A stretch of 54,169 bases of DNA from Prorocentrum cordatum (lineage: Eukaryota): the NCBI GenBank assembly GCA_963575745.1, contig CAUYUJ010000261.1, forward strand, positions 62,001-116,169. The letters run 5' to 3'. Both the position numbers and the translations under genes were made by a program. Of this stretch, positions 11,701 to 22,700 are shown one piece after another; the stretch's first letter is position 1, and every line of letters begins with the position of its first letter. The notes under the pieces were generated by a model that saw only the letters and a list, made by a program, of their open reading frames with translations, was not told where the DNA came from and ran no database searches.

Positions 11701-14700
11701 TTTCCACTTTGTTCCAGTTCAAGCTCAGGACGTACTGCTTCCCGCACTCCTCCACGCAGGATATGAGCTCCTGCACGACGACAGGGTTCGCGTCCATCAA
11801 GAGTGTGTCATCGGCGTACACCAGGTCTCGCACAAAGTGCGCGTCGGGAGTGTCCGGCAGTCGCATGCGTAGCCGAGCGTGCGCATCCTTCAGCAGCGTC
11901 GTCATGACGATGGTGAACAGGAGTGGAGACAGCGGGCACCCCTGGCAGATACCGAACCTTTGCCGCCGCTCTCCGGATGATGAGCCGAAGTCAGACACGA
12001 CGAATTTTCTGTCCTCGTAGATCGCCTTCACCATGTCTGCGAGCTTGGCAGGGCACCCGAACCGCCGAAGCGACGTCGCCATTGCTGCGGGTGACACGGA
12101 ATCGAAAGCCTTCGCCCAATCAAGCGCCAGTAGGTGGACGGCCCCCTCCTTCGTGGCCCACGCGTCCTCGAGCACCCTCCTGGCCACGAAGATCGCGACC
12201 GAGGTACCGCGCTTGGACCAGAAGCCGGATTGGGTGGGCCAAATTTTGTCCTCTGCACCCGCGTCCTTCGGCCTCTGCAACATGATCATCGCGAAGACCT
12301 TGTACCCCATCGGCATCAAGCTGATCGGCCGGTAATCGTCGCAAACTGCAGGGTCGCCCTTTTTGTAGATCATGCTAACCCGCGATTTGTGCCATGCGTC
12401 TGGCACCGCTGCCTGCGACCAGACCACGTTACAGAAACGTGTGACCCATGCAAGGGCTGGCTGTCCATCCTCAGCAGACGCTTTCCAGAATTCGGGTGGC
12501 AAGCCGTCCAAGCCGCCCGATCGTTTGTTTTTCAGTCTGCGGGCGGCTCGCTGAACCTCCTCGTCAGTGATGATGTTCAGGTTGAACGGCAAACCAGCTT
12601 GATTCGCAGGGTCTTCCGGCAGCACTATCGTAGGCCGCACGGCCCACAGCACTGTCTCTAAGTGCTGCGCAAGTGTATATGCCCTGCGGTCGCTGTCCAC
12701 CAGCTCGCCCTCGTTCGTGCAAAGTCTTCCCTGGGCATGCTGGCGGCCCTTGCGCAGTCTGCGGATCTGTGCCCAATCTTTTTCTGGTTACATCCTCGAG
12801 CCAATTCGCCTTGTCTCTGGCCACGGAAGCTCGGATTCGTTTCGCTATGTCGCGCTCTCGCGGGGCATCCGCGTCCCGCCTGGCCCGATACCGCAACCGC
12901 ACGAGTTCCAACGTGCTGTTGCTGATCCATGGTTTGCGGGGGCGAATCGGCTCTTGCGGCAAGACAGTCGTCTCCGCATGCACGAAGCCATCAACCATTC
13001 GGCACCATGCCAGGTTCACGTCAGAGTCGTTCGGGGAGGCCTCTTCGTAGCTGTCCCAAACTTCGCCCAGACATCTTGCAAAGATCTGCCTGATATTCTT
13101 GTCGGCCAGGGCGCCGTGGTCACGGCGACATGCCAGTTCTTCCACGCAGCGCTTGTCGACCTCCATGCGCACGGAGGCTTGCAGCAAGAAGTGATGCGAT
13201 GATAGTGGCGCCTCTGGGCAAAAAGTCGCACTTCTGACGTTATGCAGCCAGCCCTACCCACAACAGAAGAAATCGATCTGCGAGTGAGTCTGACCGCTGA
13301 CCGGGGCGCCTGCTTTCGTGCCAACGTTGTAGCAGGTTGCCAGGCCGTCAATCGAGGTCTCGAAAAAGGTGTTGGCCAGGCACATGTTGAGATGTGTGAG
13401 CGTCTCCACAAGCAAATGTCTATTGGCATCGTTCTTGCACCCCGTGCTCGGGCTCAGCAGGACGTGCTCGCCCACCACAGCGTGTCCACCATCCATGCGG
13501 TAGTGAAGCTTTGCATTGAAATCCCCTAAGACCAATTCGGGTCCGTGTGCCGATTTCGACTCGACGAATTCAGCCAGGTCATGAAAGAAAGTATGTCTTG
13601 ATCAAAAGGCTTACCACAATGAGGCGCACATGCCGAGAATACAACGGCTTTGCCTCCAGGGACGCATACTTTCAACGACGCCATTCTTGAATCGGCCTGG
13701 CAGAATCCTACTACCGGTCTCCGGAACCAAGGAGCCATTAGGAACCCCTTTCCGGCTCTCTCGCTATCTCCGTCGATCCCTCCCGACATGATGACCAAGA
13801 AGCTTGATAATGTCACGAACGTGTTGGATTTCAATTGCTAAGTCTCTTGTGCGCACAGCACCCCGATCTCGTTATCAGTCATGATTATCTCTACTTCGAT
13901 ATGTTTCGAATTTGTGTACCCTTCAATGTTCCAAGATGCAATCGTGAATTCTGAAGTTGAGGGGAATAAACGTCCGCCCCTGCATGCGGCGAGTGGCAGT
14001 TTGGCTTGACCAGGCTGCTCCGCTTCAGCTGCATGGGTGTTGGTATTAAGAGCGTCCTGAAGAACGTGCAAGTCAGGCACACGATCCCAAGCACTCTGGG
14101 GTGAAACGTCTCTGCTTGCACACCGCTGGCACCCCTACATGGCGTGGGCGCCCTTCCCCTTCCACTTCCCCTTGAAGGATCCCCTGGTTGCGGCTTTGCC
14201 GGATCCCTTGGACGAGAAGTTCTCGAGTTTGCCGGCCATCTTCTTCACGAGCGCGGGGAAGTCACGGATCTCGGAGTCCGTGAGCCATTCTTCCCACCCT
14301 CGCCCATATTTAACGTGGAAGTTGTCGGAAATGATGCTGGCCTCAATGGCAATATCATCCCCAACCCAAACCTTGCCCTCCACAGGATCGGCCCAGGCAG
14401 ACTGACCAGCGTAACCCCATTGTTTAAGCAAGTACGTCACCCCAAACACGAAGCTCGAAATGACCCGGTCTAGGAGGGACTGGTCCGGCTTAGCCCACGC
14501 GTCGTTACCCCCCTCCCTGAACTTGCCTTTCCGGAAGAAACTCACCGCTGTGTCCCGGTCTTTCGTCGATGCGAATCTTCCGAAAACGATCCTCTTGAAC
14601 TCCCCTTTCGCGTATATCTCCTCGGGTTGAGGCCCATAAGACTCCCATAGTTTATTAGTCACCCAAATATTCGCCCCGTCGAGGTCTTCGAAATGCCGAA

Positions 14701-16433
14701 CCCCTCCGATCACGATCGTCTTATCCTTCTCCTGGTTATCTGTACTGTTGCCGCGCGGGGTCATCAGCATGAAGACTTGAAGCTCCAGCGCCTTGATCTG
14801 ATCTAGAACCTCCTGGCTGACGCTCTACTCGGAGCGCGGGGTGCCGAGATCGACCTGGTTCTCAAGATTCGTGATGCGGATCTCTACCTCCTCCACCTTC
14901 TCCTCCATCGTCCCCATCCTGACCTCGATCCCCTCGCTCATACCCGAAGTCTTACTCTCCAGATTCGTGATCGCCTGCCTCAGGGGGTTACCTCCTGCCT
15001 GAGCATCGCTGCGATCTCCTGCAAGCCTGCTTGGGAGGTGCTTGCACTGCGAGCGCCTGGAGGTGTGTCGGGAATCTGCGGCCGCGTGCCTATGTTGAGC
15101 CGCTGCGGGCCGTCGTCAATCCCGTGCGGGCCATCGTCCATCTCGTTGAGCGGACTGAATAAGCGGCGTCGGACGTCGCGCGCGAGGACTGCGCGAACCG
15201 GTGTCCCTGACGCCCGCGAGCTCGTACCGGCCATCGGGAGATAAGGGTATGGGAACGGTAAGTTGGGAATGTTGGGTGTTGAGAGAACGGATGGTAATTA
15301 TAACACGGGTGGTATAACAGACTTGAGCCAAACAATCTTGAGCCAAAATTGCCGAGTTGGTGCCGAAATTGGTGCGGGGTCGCCATGCGGACCCTGCCGC
15401 TGGAGCCTTCGGTTGAGCTCCCTCTGGGACGACGAAACGTGTGAGGGGTGTGCCGAAATAATTGTGGGCAGCCATGCGTACCGTGCCGCTTGGGCCTTCG
15501 GTTGGGGTCCCTTTGGGGCCACGACGCGTGTGAGGGGTGTGCCGGCATGGGTGCGGGGCGGCCATGCGGAACTTGCCGTTGAAGTGCCTTTGGTGGAGCT
15601 CCCCATGCGGCCACGCATCGTGGGAGGGGTGTGCCGAACTGTGCATGGCAGGGGCAGGGAGGGGAGGAGGGCTGGGGGACGAGGAGAGCGAGGAGTGACG
15701 ACGCGGGGCGCTGCTGAAGAACGAGGGCCCGACGCCACAGGATGTTTTTGGGGGAAAGGGGAGTCCTGGTGGAGGAAGCGGGTCCTGACTTCGGGCGGCG
15801 AGATCTATGCATTGTCCACTTCTCCCTGGCCAGGCCCATCCTGCACCCAGGAGCTGTGTGTACGCCCTCCTGGCCAAGCCAGGAGGGCGTGGCGTGTGCA
15901 CCTCTGCTGGGTTCCGGATGGGCCTGGCCAGGGAGCAGTGGATAACGTATAGACTTCGTTGCCCTACTGAAGGCTTTCTTCTGTTCTCCGGGAGTCCACG
16001 GCCCTGCCCAGGCCTCGGGGCCGTGAGAAGAGGGCCCAGGATAGGGGATCGGCGTGCGATCCATACCCCCGCTGCTGCCCCCACTCTGGCCGCCAGGTGC
16101 GGGGGGGAGGGCGCAGGGCATGGGCAAACAACGTGGCGTCCAGAGGCTGGATTCTGATCCATGCCGTTGCTCCGCCGCCTCGTGAGCAGGGGTATGGATG
16201 AAACGTCGATCGCACACGGGATGGAAAGCTGATCCTGGGAGAGGCCCCAGGTCCGAGGGGCCGTTTCCTCCCTCCTGCCAACCTTTTAGCTTCGGGCCCC
16301 AGGACCACCCGAAGCCAGGGTTCGAGCTAAACGGTGTTTGGGCGATTCCGTGGACCGCTTTCGTTTGAATTTCGTTTCGCGGCAGAGGCAGGACGAGGAC
16401 ACAGCGAAGGACAGCGGACACACAACGAACACG

Positions 16434-16476
<43 letters not shown>

Positions 16477-19400
16477 TTGGCCTGGGCCCTGCCAGAAGCT
16501 GCCTGCATAGGGGGTCGAGGGCTCCTGGGTCCGTCGGGCCTTCAAGCTCCTGCTCTGGGGGAGCCGAGTGGCCATCGGTCCTCGGCCATCGGCTGCGCCC
16601 ACTGGGATGGGCCATGGGCCATGGCCGGGGCTGATTTTCAGTATCGTTTAACCGATCCCCATCCCCATGCTCATCCTCTTCGAGACCCCCACCAAATTAC
16701 ACCCCCAGTTGGGGATACACCTCTCGAAACCCGAAGAATACGGCCTATATCCCCATCTAGGGGGGTAAATCGGCCAGTGGGGCCCAGCCCCCGCTGGTGG
16801 GGATGGGGATCGGTTACTCGATACTCAGATTGATTGTGGCCTTCGGGTTGCGCTTTTGGGGCGTACCATAGGATGGCGCGCATTCGCGCAGCGTCGCACC
16901 AGTTGGGCCGAGTGGCGGTGCACTGCATGGCCCTGCTTTGCTTGAATGGCGTTGCCCTGCGTTGCTTCATATCGCATTGTTTCGTATCGCTTGCCTTGCT
17001 TTGCTTTGCATTGCATAGCTTGTCCTCGCTTTCGCTGTGCTTGGCGGAGCGCTGTTTTGCAGTGGTTTGTATCGCGTTGCATCGCTTTGCGTTGCTCCAC
17101 GTGGATTGTGCAAATTCACTGTTTGGGGCGCTTCTCTGGGTCCACGCTGGAATCATTCAGATTTGCTCCTGTGATGGATCGAAAAATCAGACACGGCTTC
17201 AAGCCGAGCAAGAAGGTAAAGTTTTTGATGTCGAGCTGAGGTTTAAATTCCAGCGCTGGGAAGGCAGCTGTAGACCCTCGCCCTCGCAACCGGGCGATAA
17301 CCCAGGTCATCCCCGATATCCACGTTCTTTCGTTCTCTCTCGGTAGGAGATTCTCAAAAGCGAGGGTTCGCGACGCCCCTTCGAAAAAGCACAGGGTTTA
17401 AATGTCCAGAGCGGAAGTTTGCACCTACTTTTGCGCAGATTTTGGACATTCAAAGAGATTCGGGCAAGGCGTGACGCATCGTCGGCAAAACTTATGATCT
17501 GCAATAGAAAGGGGGGGGGAACGCAGAGCAAGTCGAAGCCGACCTGGCGGAGCGGACAGGCGGAAATAAGCGCAATAATAGACGAACTAAGGCAATGCGT
17601 TTCAATGCGAAGCATGGTGCCTGGTCAGCCCGCATGGAGATCGTTCCTCATCCTCCTCCTCCTACTGCATCCTCTCTTCCCTCCTCTGCTCACTCTCCCC
17701 ATCAATGTTCTTCCTTGTCCTTATCATCGTTCCTCCCGTCCTCATCTGGCTTTTTCTCTTCCTCTTACTCTTCCTTCTCCAAAATCACCCTCATCGCCAT
17801 CTTCCAATGTCCCCTCCTCCTCCTCCTCCTCCTCCTCCTCCTCCTCCTCCTCCTCCTCCTCCTCCTCCCCCGCCTTCCCCTCCCCGCTCCCCGTATTACC
17901 CTTCTCTGCCTCCACATCCTCCTCATCGTAACCATCCTTCTCTAACCATCCTCCTCGTCCGTTTTCTCCTGCTCCTGCACCTTGCTCCTCTTATCGCGCG
18001 AGGATTCCCGAGTCCCGTTGACGTTTTCTGTGTCCACTTCTTTTTCATCATCATCAACATCATCATCAGCATCATCATCATCATCATCAGCAGCATCATC
18101 ATCAGCAGCAGCATCATCATGCTAGTTCGTCCGTATTCTGGTCCCTCTCCCCTGGCCCTCTACTTTGTCGTGTTCTCGCACCTCGTTCCTCCTCGCACTG
18201 GAACGACTTGTGCCTCCCTCCTATGTAGACTGCGCCTGCCTTCCCCTCCACATGCTGCAGTTGCTCCTCCTCCTCACCCTCCTCCTCTACATCCTCTTCC
18301 TAATCCTCCGACTTCTCCTTCTCCTCCCTCCTCCTTCATTCTCATCCCCATCGTCTCTCATTCACTCCTGTTCCTCCTCCTCATCATCATCATCATTTCT
18401 CGTATTTGAAGGGCTGCGACCTTTGCCGCTGGCTCCCTGGGCTTACCATCGTCTCTCATTCACTCCTGTTCCTCCTCCTCATCATCATCATCATTTCCCG
18501 TATTTGAAGGGCTGCGACCTCTGCCGCTGGCTCCCTGGGCTAAGTCATCTGTTGTCTATGTTGTGACACGCGTGAGTCCGTGTTTTCATCTCCAGGCCGA
18601 ATGTTTCCCTCTTGTCTTGAAGAGCATGGACCCAGTTGGATCACATCACGTGTGTGCGAGAGTCACGTGGATCTAACTTCTCTTGTGTTTGAGTTCTTGG
18701 TGTGGATGATTCTCGGATTTTGTTACTGCCCCGGATAGACATACAATACCAAGTAATACCAGGGACCCGAAGAATTGAATCCGCGCATCCTTGGATTTGC
18801 AGACCAATGCGATGAGTCTACGGGGAACGTCCCTATCTGGGGAGATACCACGCGCAAAGAGGACAGGGCTCCAATTCGGCATCTCGGGCTCAAGAAGAAC
18901 CTCTCCTGGTTTGCGTAAGTTGGCCGTCTTGGGGCCTCTTGAGAGCATCTTCGGACCTCTCGGGCCGACCTTGGAGACGGACTTGGCAATATCGAGGCTT
19001 CCTTGGTTGGGGCCTCTGGAGCCCATCTTTGGGGCCTCTTTGGGGCCTCTTGGTGCAAGCCTAGGACCTTGTTGGGGCTACCTTGGTGGCATCCTGGCGC
19101 CGTTGGGGGCCACCTCTGGGGCGCTTTGAGCACCAGCAGGGCCTCTGGAGACCGTCTTGAGGCGACCTTGAGACGGACATGCAGCACATGGGCAAAACAA
19201 CATCAAAGCAACATGCCGTCTGGTGGCGTCCATGTGTAGGGCCAGCCTGGGGCAGCCCGGAGCAGCTAGAGGAGGCCGAGGCACTCCCCTGGGTGTTTTG
19301 CTTCGGGTGCTGCAGGTCCCCGCTAGTAGACAGCATCACGGAGACAGGACCCAAGAGAAGCGATAGACAAGCAGTGAACCCGGCGCGATCCCACTCAGGG

Positions 19401-21406
19401 GAAGGATTCCTGAGTAAGAAATGAGCGAGGGAGGCATTGGTTGGCATTGTTGCGCTCAGCAGTGATTTGTATTGTCTTGCATTGCTTGGCGTTGCGGTGC
19501 CTTGTTTTGCAATGCTTTGTTTTGTTTCGCTTTGCTTTGCATGCTTTGACGTTGCTTTGCATTTCTTCGCTTTGCTTGTCATCGTTTTGTTTGGCATTGC
19601 ATTGCTTGGCATTGCCTGGCATTGCTTGCTTAGCCTTGCATGGCATGGGTTTGCATGTATTGGTATTGCTTGGCATTACTTGGCATTTCTTTGCGTTGCC
19701 GTTCATTGCTTCGCGTCGCTCGGCATTGCCTGGCATTGCGGGGCATTGCTAGGCAGCGAGAAACCAAGTCGAGGAAACACGAGGAAGGCAGTCAAGAAAC
19801 AAGACCAAGCAATCCCAGGAAGGCAGTCAAGAAGCAAGACCAAGCAACCCGAGGAAGGCGTCCAATAAGCGAGACCAAACAACCCGAGGAAGACAGTAGA
19901 GAAACAAGGCAAACATCGCGAGGAGGGCGGCCAAGAAGCAAGACCCAGCAACCCGAGGGAGGCGACCAGGAAACAAGACCAAGCATCCCGAGGAGGGTGG
20001 TCAAGAAGCAGGACCGAGCAACCCGAGGAAGGCAGTGAGGAGACGAGGCCCGGCGATCCGAGGAAGGCCACCGCTGGACGAGACCGAGCCATCCGAGGAG
20101 GGCCAGCCGGCGCAGGCTGGGCACCCGCCGCCTCCTCAAAGACAAGTAAGAGCCCCTTTGGCGAGCCGTGGGCCTGGCATCAGGTCGGGCGTGTCCCTCT
20201 GCAGTGGGGAGTATGCAAAGATAGTCCGCAAATAGTCTGGGGACGATTCTTCCCATATGCTTGACTATTTTTGAATATTTGTGGACTACGTTTTATTTGC
20301 CCTCCAGAATCCGCCTGTAGGAGGACATGCCCGACCTAAGCTTAGCATCGTTCGGACGTGTGCACTGTTTCTCGGCGAGGCCCATCGAGGAGCATCCTCG
20401 ACCATCGGGCCCCAAAGAACACGCGCGATACCGAAAGCTGCACGGGGAATGAACGTCCGCGCGACGGCGAGCGGGAGAACAAAGGACACTGCAGCAGCAG
20501 TCCCGCTAGGAGGCCCAGCGAATTTCTGCTCCTGGCTCGTGTTGCTCACCCACCCTCCGCCCTTCTCGTGCACCTCACACTCTCCTCACACATGCTCCTG
20601 CTGTCCCCCCCTCCTCCTGTTGCTTCTTCGCCTGCTCCTGTCACTCCTGCCACTGTTCCTGCTGCTGGTCCTCCGCATGCTCCTGCTTTTCCCGCACTCC
20701 GCCCCTTCCAGCCCTTCTCCTCCTCCTCCTCCTCCTCCTCCTCCTCCTCCTCCTCCTCCTGCTTCGCCTGCTCCTCCTCATTACCCTTACCAGACACCCC
20801 TAAATCCCCAATCAATCTGAACCATTCCCTATGACATGCAATCAGTAGGTCGAAACCACAGCATTGGATGTTTGAGAGTGTATGCCTCCTCCTCTCCTCC
20901 TCCTCCTCGTCCTCCTCCTTCTCCTCCTCCTGTTCCTCCTCCTCCTCCTCCTTCTCCTTGTGGGCGGCTTAGGCAGTGGACGGACTTTGCCCCCCTCTAC
21001 GCTGGACTCCTTCTCCTTCTCCTCCTCCTCTTTCGAATCTCCAGGTCCACACAAAATCTTTCAATTAACCCTCGAGCCCCCCCTACAAAACCCAGCAAGA
21101 GTTTTCAAAACTCTCAAACAGAGAGCCTCCTCCCGCCCCTCCCCCCTCCTCCTGCCCGTCCTCTTTCTCTCCTCATCCTCCTTTTTCTCCTCCTCCTCCT
21201 CCTCCTCCTCGTTCTCCTCATCCTCATCCTCCTCCTCTTCCTTCCTCTCCTGGCGCACCAAGGTAGATCGACCGCCGCGTCCCTCCTACGAGTCGGCTCT
21301 CGTCTGGGCGACCGGATGCTTGGCTACCTTCATTTGGTGCGAGATGTTCGTCCCTGGGAGGATCGCGCGGCTCAAGTTTGAATTGTCTTCTCTTCTGGCA
21401 TGTTAA
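8723..21406 (+). CDS. Multi-exon gene, unknown probable membrane protein; exons 8723-8786, 9844-9898, 10282-10335, (possible exon near 15848-15883), 16511-16577, 19240-19315, 20067-20115, 21263-21406
   Basis: All acceptors are AG|G, donors GT or GC, phases mutually compatible. Spliced product: ESWLEACTKGLYAGHITMLTMSAINAVALGVAYNIVKRKVGIVSAKDPSMCGCAYRK..GVEGSWVRRAFKLLLWGSRVAIGPAWGSPEQLEEAEALPWVFCFGCCRPPLDETEPSEEGQPAQVDRPPRPSYESALVWATGCLATFIWCEMFVPGRIARLKFELSSLLAC*. Confidence 0.65.
9980..10214. repeat. Tandem duplication of a ~120-bp unit
   Basis: GCTCGATCCGGCTCGGACAATGCTTCAGA...CGTCGGAGTTCAGGGAGG occurs twice. Confidence 0.9.
10364..10826. repeat. ~90-bp satellite, left part of an array split by the LINE
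   Basis: GGGGCCACGAAACG...GTGTGCCGA units at ~10367, 10457, 10548, 10639, 10805; related units at ~29800-30030, 31360-32250 and inverted at ~6230-6440. Confidence 0.85.
11014..14080 (-). pseudogene. LINE ORF2 (AP endonuclease + reverse transcriptase), broken by stops and frameshifts
   Basis: APE: IASWNIEG, VLCAQET, VLGDFNAK, SQIDF. RT (11192-12700): RPISL, LDWAKAFDSV, GICQGCPLSPLLF, YADD. C-terminal RLDGFQTRCLRRI and RARPRQMW. Confidence 0.92.
14135..15234 (-). pseudogene. LINE ORF1-like (coiled coil, RRM-like region, basic KGKG tail), disrupted
   Basis: Fragments 14980-15234 and 14135-14770 joined by a heptad-like segment (MEEKVEEVEIRITNLENQV); immediately upstream of ORF2. Confidence 0.7.
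15322..15351 (-). other. Two tandem DinoSL relics at the LINE 5' terminus
   Basis: Minus strand reads CAATTTTGGCTCAAG-ATTGTTTGGCTCAAG; each 15-mer resembles the SL 3' part CCATTTTGGCTCAAG. Confidence 0.85.
15359..15645. repeat. ~90-bp satellite, right part of the split array
   Basis: Resumes in register: GTGCCGAAATTGGTGCGGGGTCGCCATGCGGACCCTGCCGC. Confidence 0.85.
16641..16824. mobile_element. MITE family B (184 bp), TCA direct repeat at both ends
   Basis: TIR GTATCGTTTAACCGATCCCCATCCCCA with slightly mutated partner; TCA at 16638-16640 and 16825-16827. Confidence 0.9.
19430..19750. repeat. Degenerate (TTGCA/TTGCT)n pentamer satellite (also ~16900-17100, 32625-32930)
   Basis: Directly visible. 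Confidence 0.85.
19760..20062. repeat. Degenerate ~35-bp minisatellite (CCAAGCAACCCGAGGAAGGCAGTCAAGAAGCAAGA)
   Basis: About 8 imperfect units. Confidence 0.8.
20183..20336. mobile_element. MITE family A, second complete copy
   Basis: GGTCGGGCGTGTCCCTCTGCAG ... CCTGTAGGAGGACATGCCCGACC; flanked by TCA and TAA. Confidence 0.8.
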
Positions 21407-21949
21407 CTCGCGCGCAGTGGGGTGGCTCTCGGCGAGCTCCCACAGTATTTTGTGAGACCATGCAGGTCGGACTTCGTTTGATGCACATGAAAATGCCAGA
21501 ATCCAATCACAAATTGCTCCATTGTGTTACTCTGCAAGCAGGGTTTACGCTGGCGCTAAATGCCCGACGCCATATGGACACCGCACCGCACACAACTGTG
21601 GGTCTTCTTGGAGCGCAGCGCAGTTCGTCGTGAGTACATCAATAATACAGCATCAGCTCTAACGTTCACGCGCGAGTGGGAGGAGGAGGAGGAGGAGGAG
21701 GAGGAGGAGGAGGAGGAGGAGGAGGAGGTAGGAGGGAGGAGGAGGAGGAGGAGGAGACGGAGGAGGAGACGGAGGAGGAGGAGGAGGAGGAGGAATAGAA
21801 GGCGGAGGGAGTGGGGAGGAGGAAGACGTTTTCGGAGTTTCTAGAAGCGGATTGGCAGGGGTAAGTCCGAGGGTTTGGGGTGTGAGCGAGTGCTCATGGC
21901 ACTGCATGGTACCCGCGCTCATGGAGACTAAATAGTTGTGAGCCACACA

Positions 21950-22700
21950 ACGGGAAGTAACAAAGCTCCCAGCGTCAATGTGTCATTGCTGTCCACAGTC
22001 ACCACCCATCATCACCCTCAGCGTCAGACTCTCATGAGGCTCGAGGAGGGTCCAAGCTGCTCTATGAGGCCGCAGGAAGCCGAGGCAGGCCAAGGGAGGC
22101 CCCACTGCTGCCCGCAAATGCAGGGACAAATGGATGGCTCGATGTCATGATGGCTGTCCGTGGGAAGTCCACAGCACCTCCCGGAGGAATGGATCGCTCT
22201 TGAAGTTTACCACCGTGCTGCTGGGCACCGCCTCGCATTACGTTATCACTGTTGGCTCCTTAGCGGAAGCGTCGCCTGTTTCGGAAGGTTTGCAGAAGTG
22301 CCAAGGAGACAGAGGAGAAGCGCCTGCCAGGGAGATTGGATGCAGCAATGGCAGCAGAGCGAGATGGGCAAATCGAGAAGGATCGGCGATCGACGCTGCA
22401 CCCCATTACACGGGTGATTCGAACGTTGAGTTTTGACTTGCAGGGAATGGGGTGGTCTCTGGCGCTGCCCCGCGGGGTTGTTTCGCGTGTCTCGGAAGGG
22501 GGCTCATGCGACATGATGTCGATGTTCGGGAACTCCACAAGCAAATGCCCCAGATCAAGGTCCCAGGGAGCCCCGAGACCCCCTACGAATGGAGAGACAA
22601 GGCCGATGAAGCCGCTAAGCTCGCCTGCAGGTTGCACGAGGTGAATGGTCTCACCGTCGTTTACTCGGAAGCGCACATTGCGAGGGCCAATAATCGAATG
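21950..22700 (+). pseudogene. Decayed retroelement relic, possibly RNase H-like C-terminus
   Basis: Fragments HYTGDSNV ... DVRELHKQMPQIKVPG ... DKADEAAKLACRLH resemble RNase H motifs; frameshifted. Confidence 0.3.

Larger units (their letters stand above)
10827..15351 (-). mobile_element. Apparently full-length but degenerate non-LTR retrotransposon (LINE; ORF1 plus APE-RT ORF2, RTE-like RT)
   Basis: Endonuclease and RT motifs in order. Interrupts a satellite unit (...GTGTGAGGGT | GTGCCGAAATT...). 3' end is a short TTGATTTGA tail, not poly(A). Confidence 0.92.

Noticed and set aside
21368..21376. GGCTCAAG as an SL relic (also ~18887)
   Set aside because: Only 8 nt match; the first lies inside a predicted exon; expected by chance.
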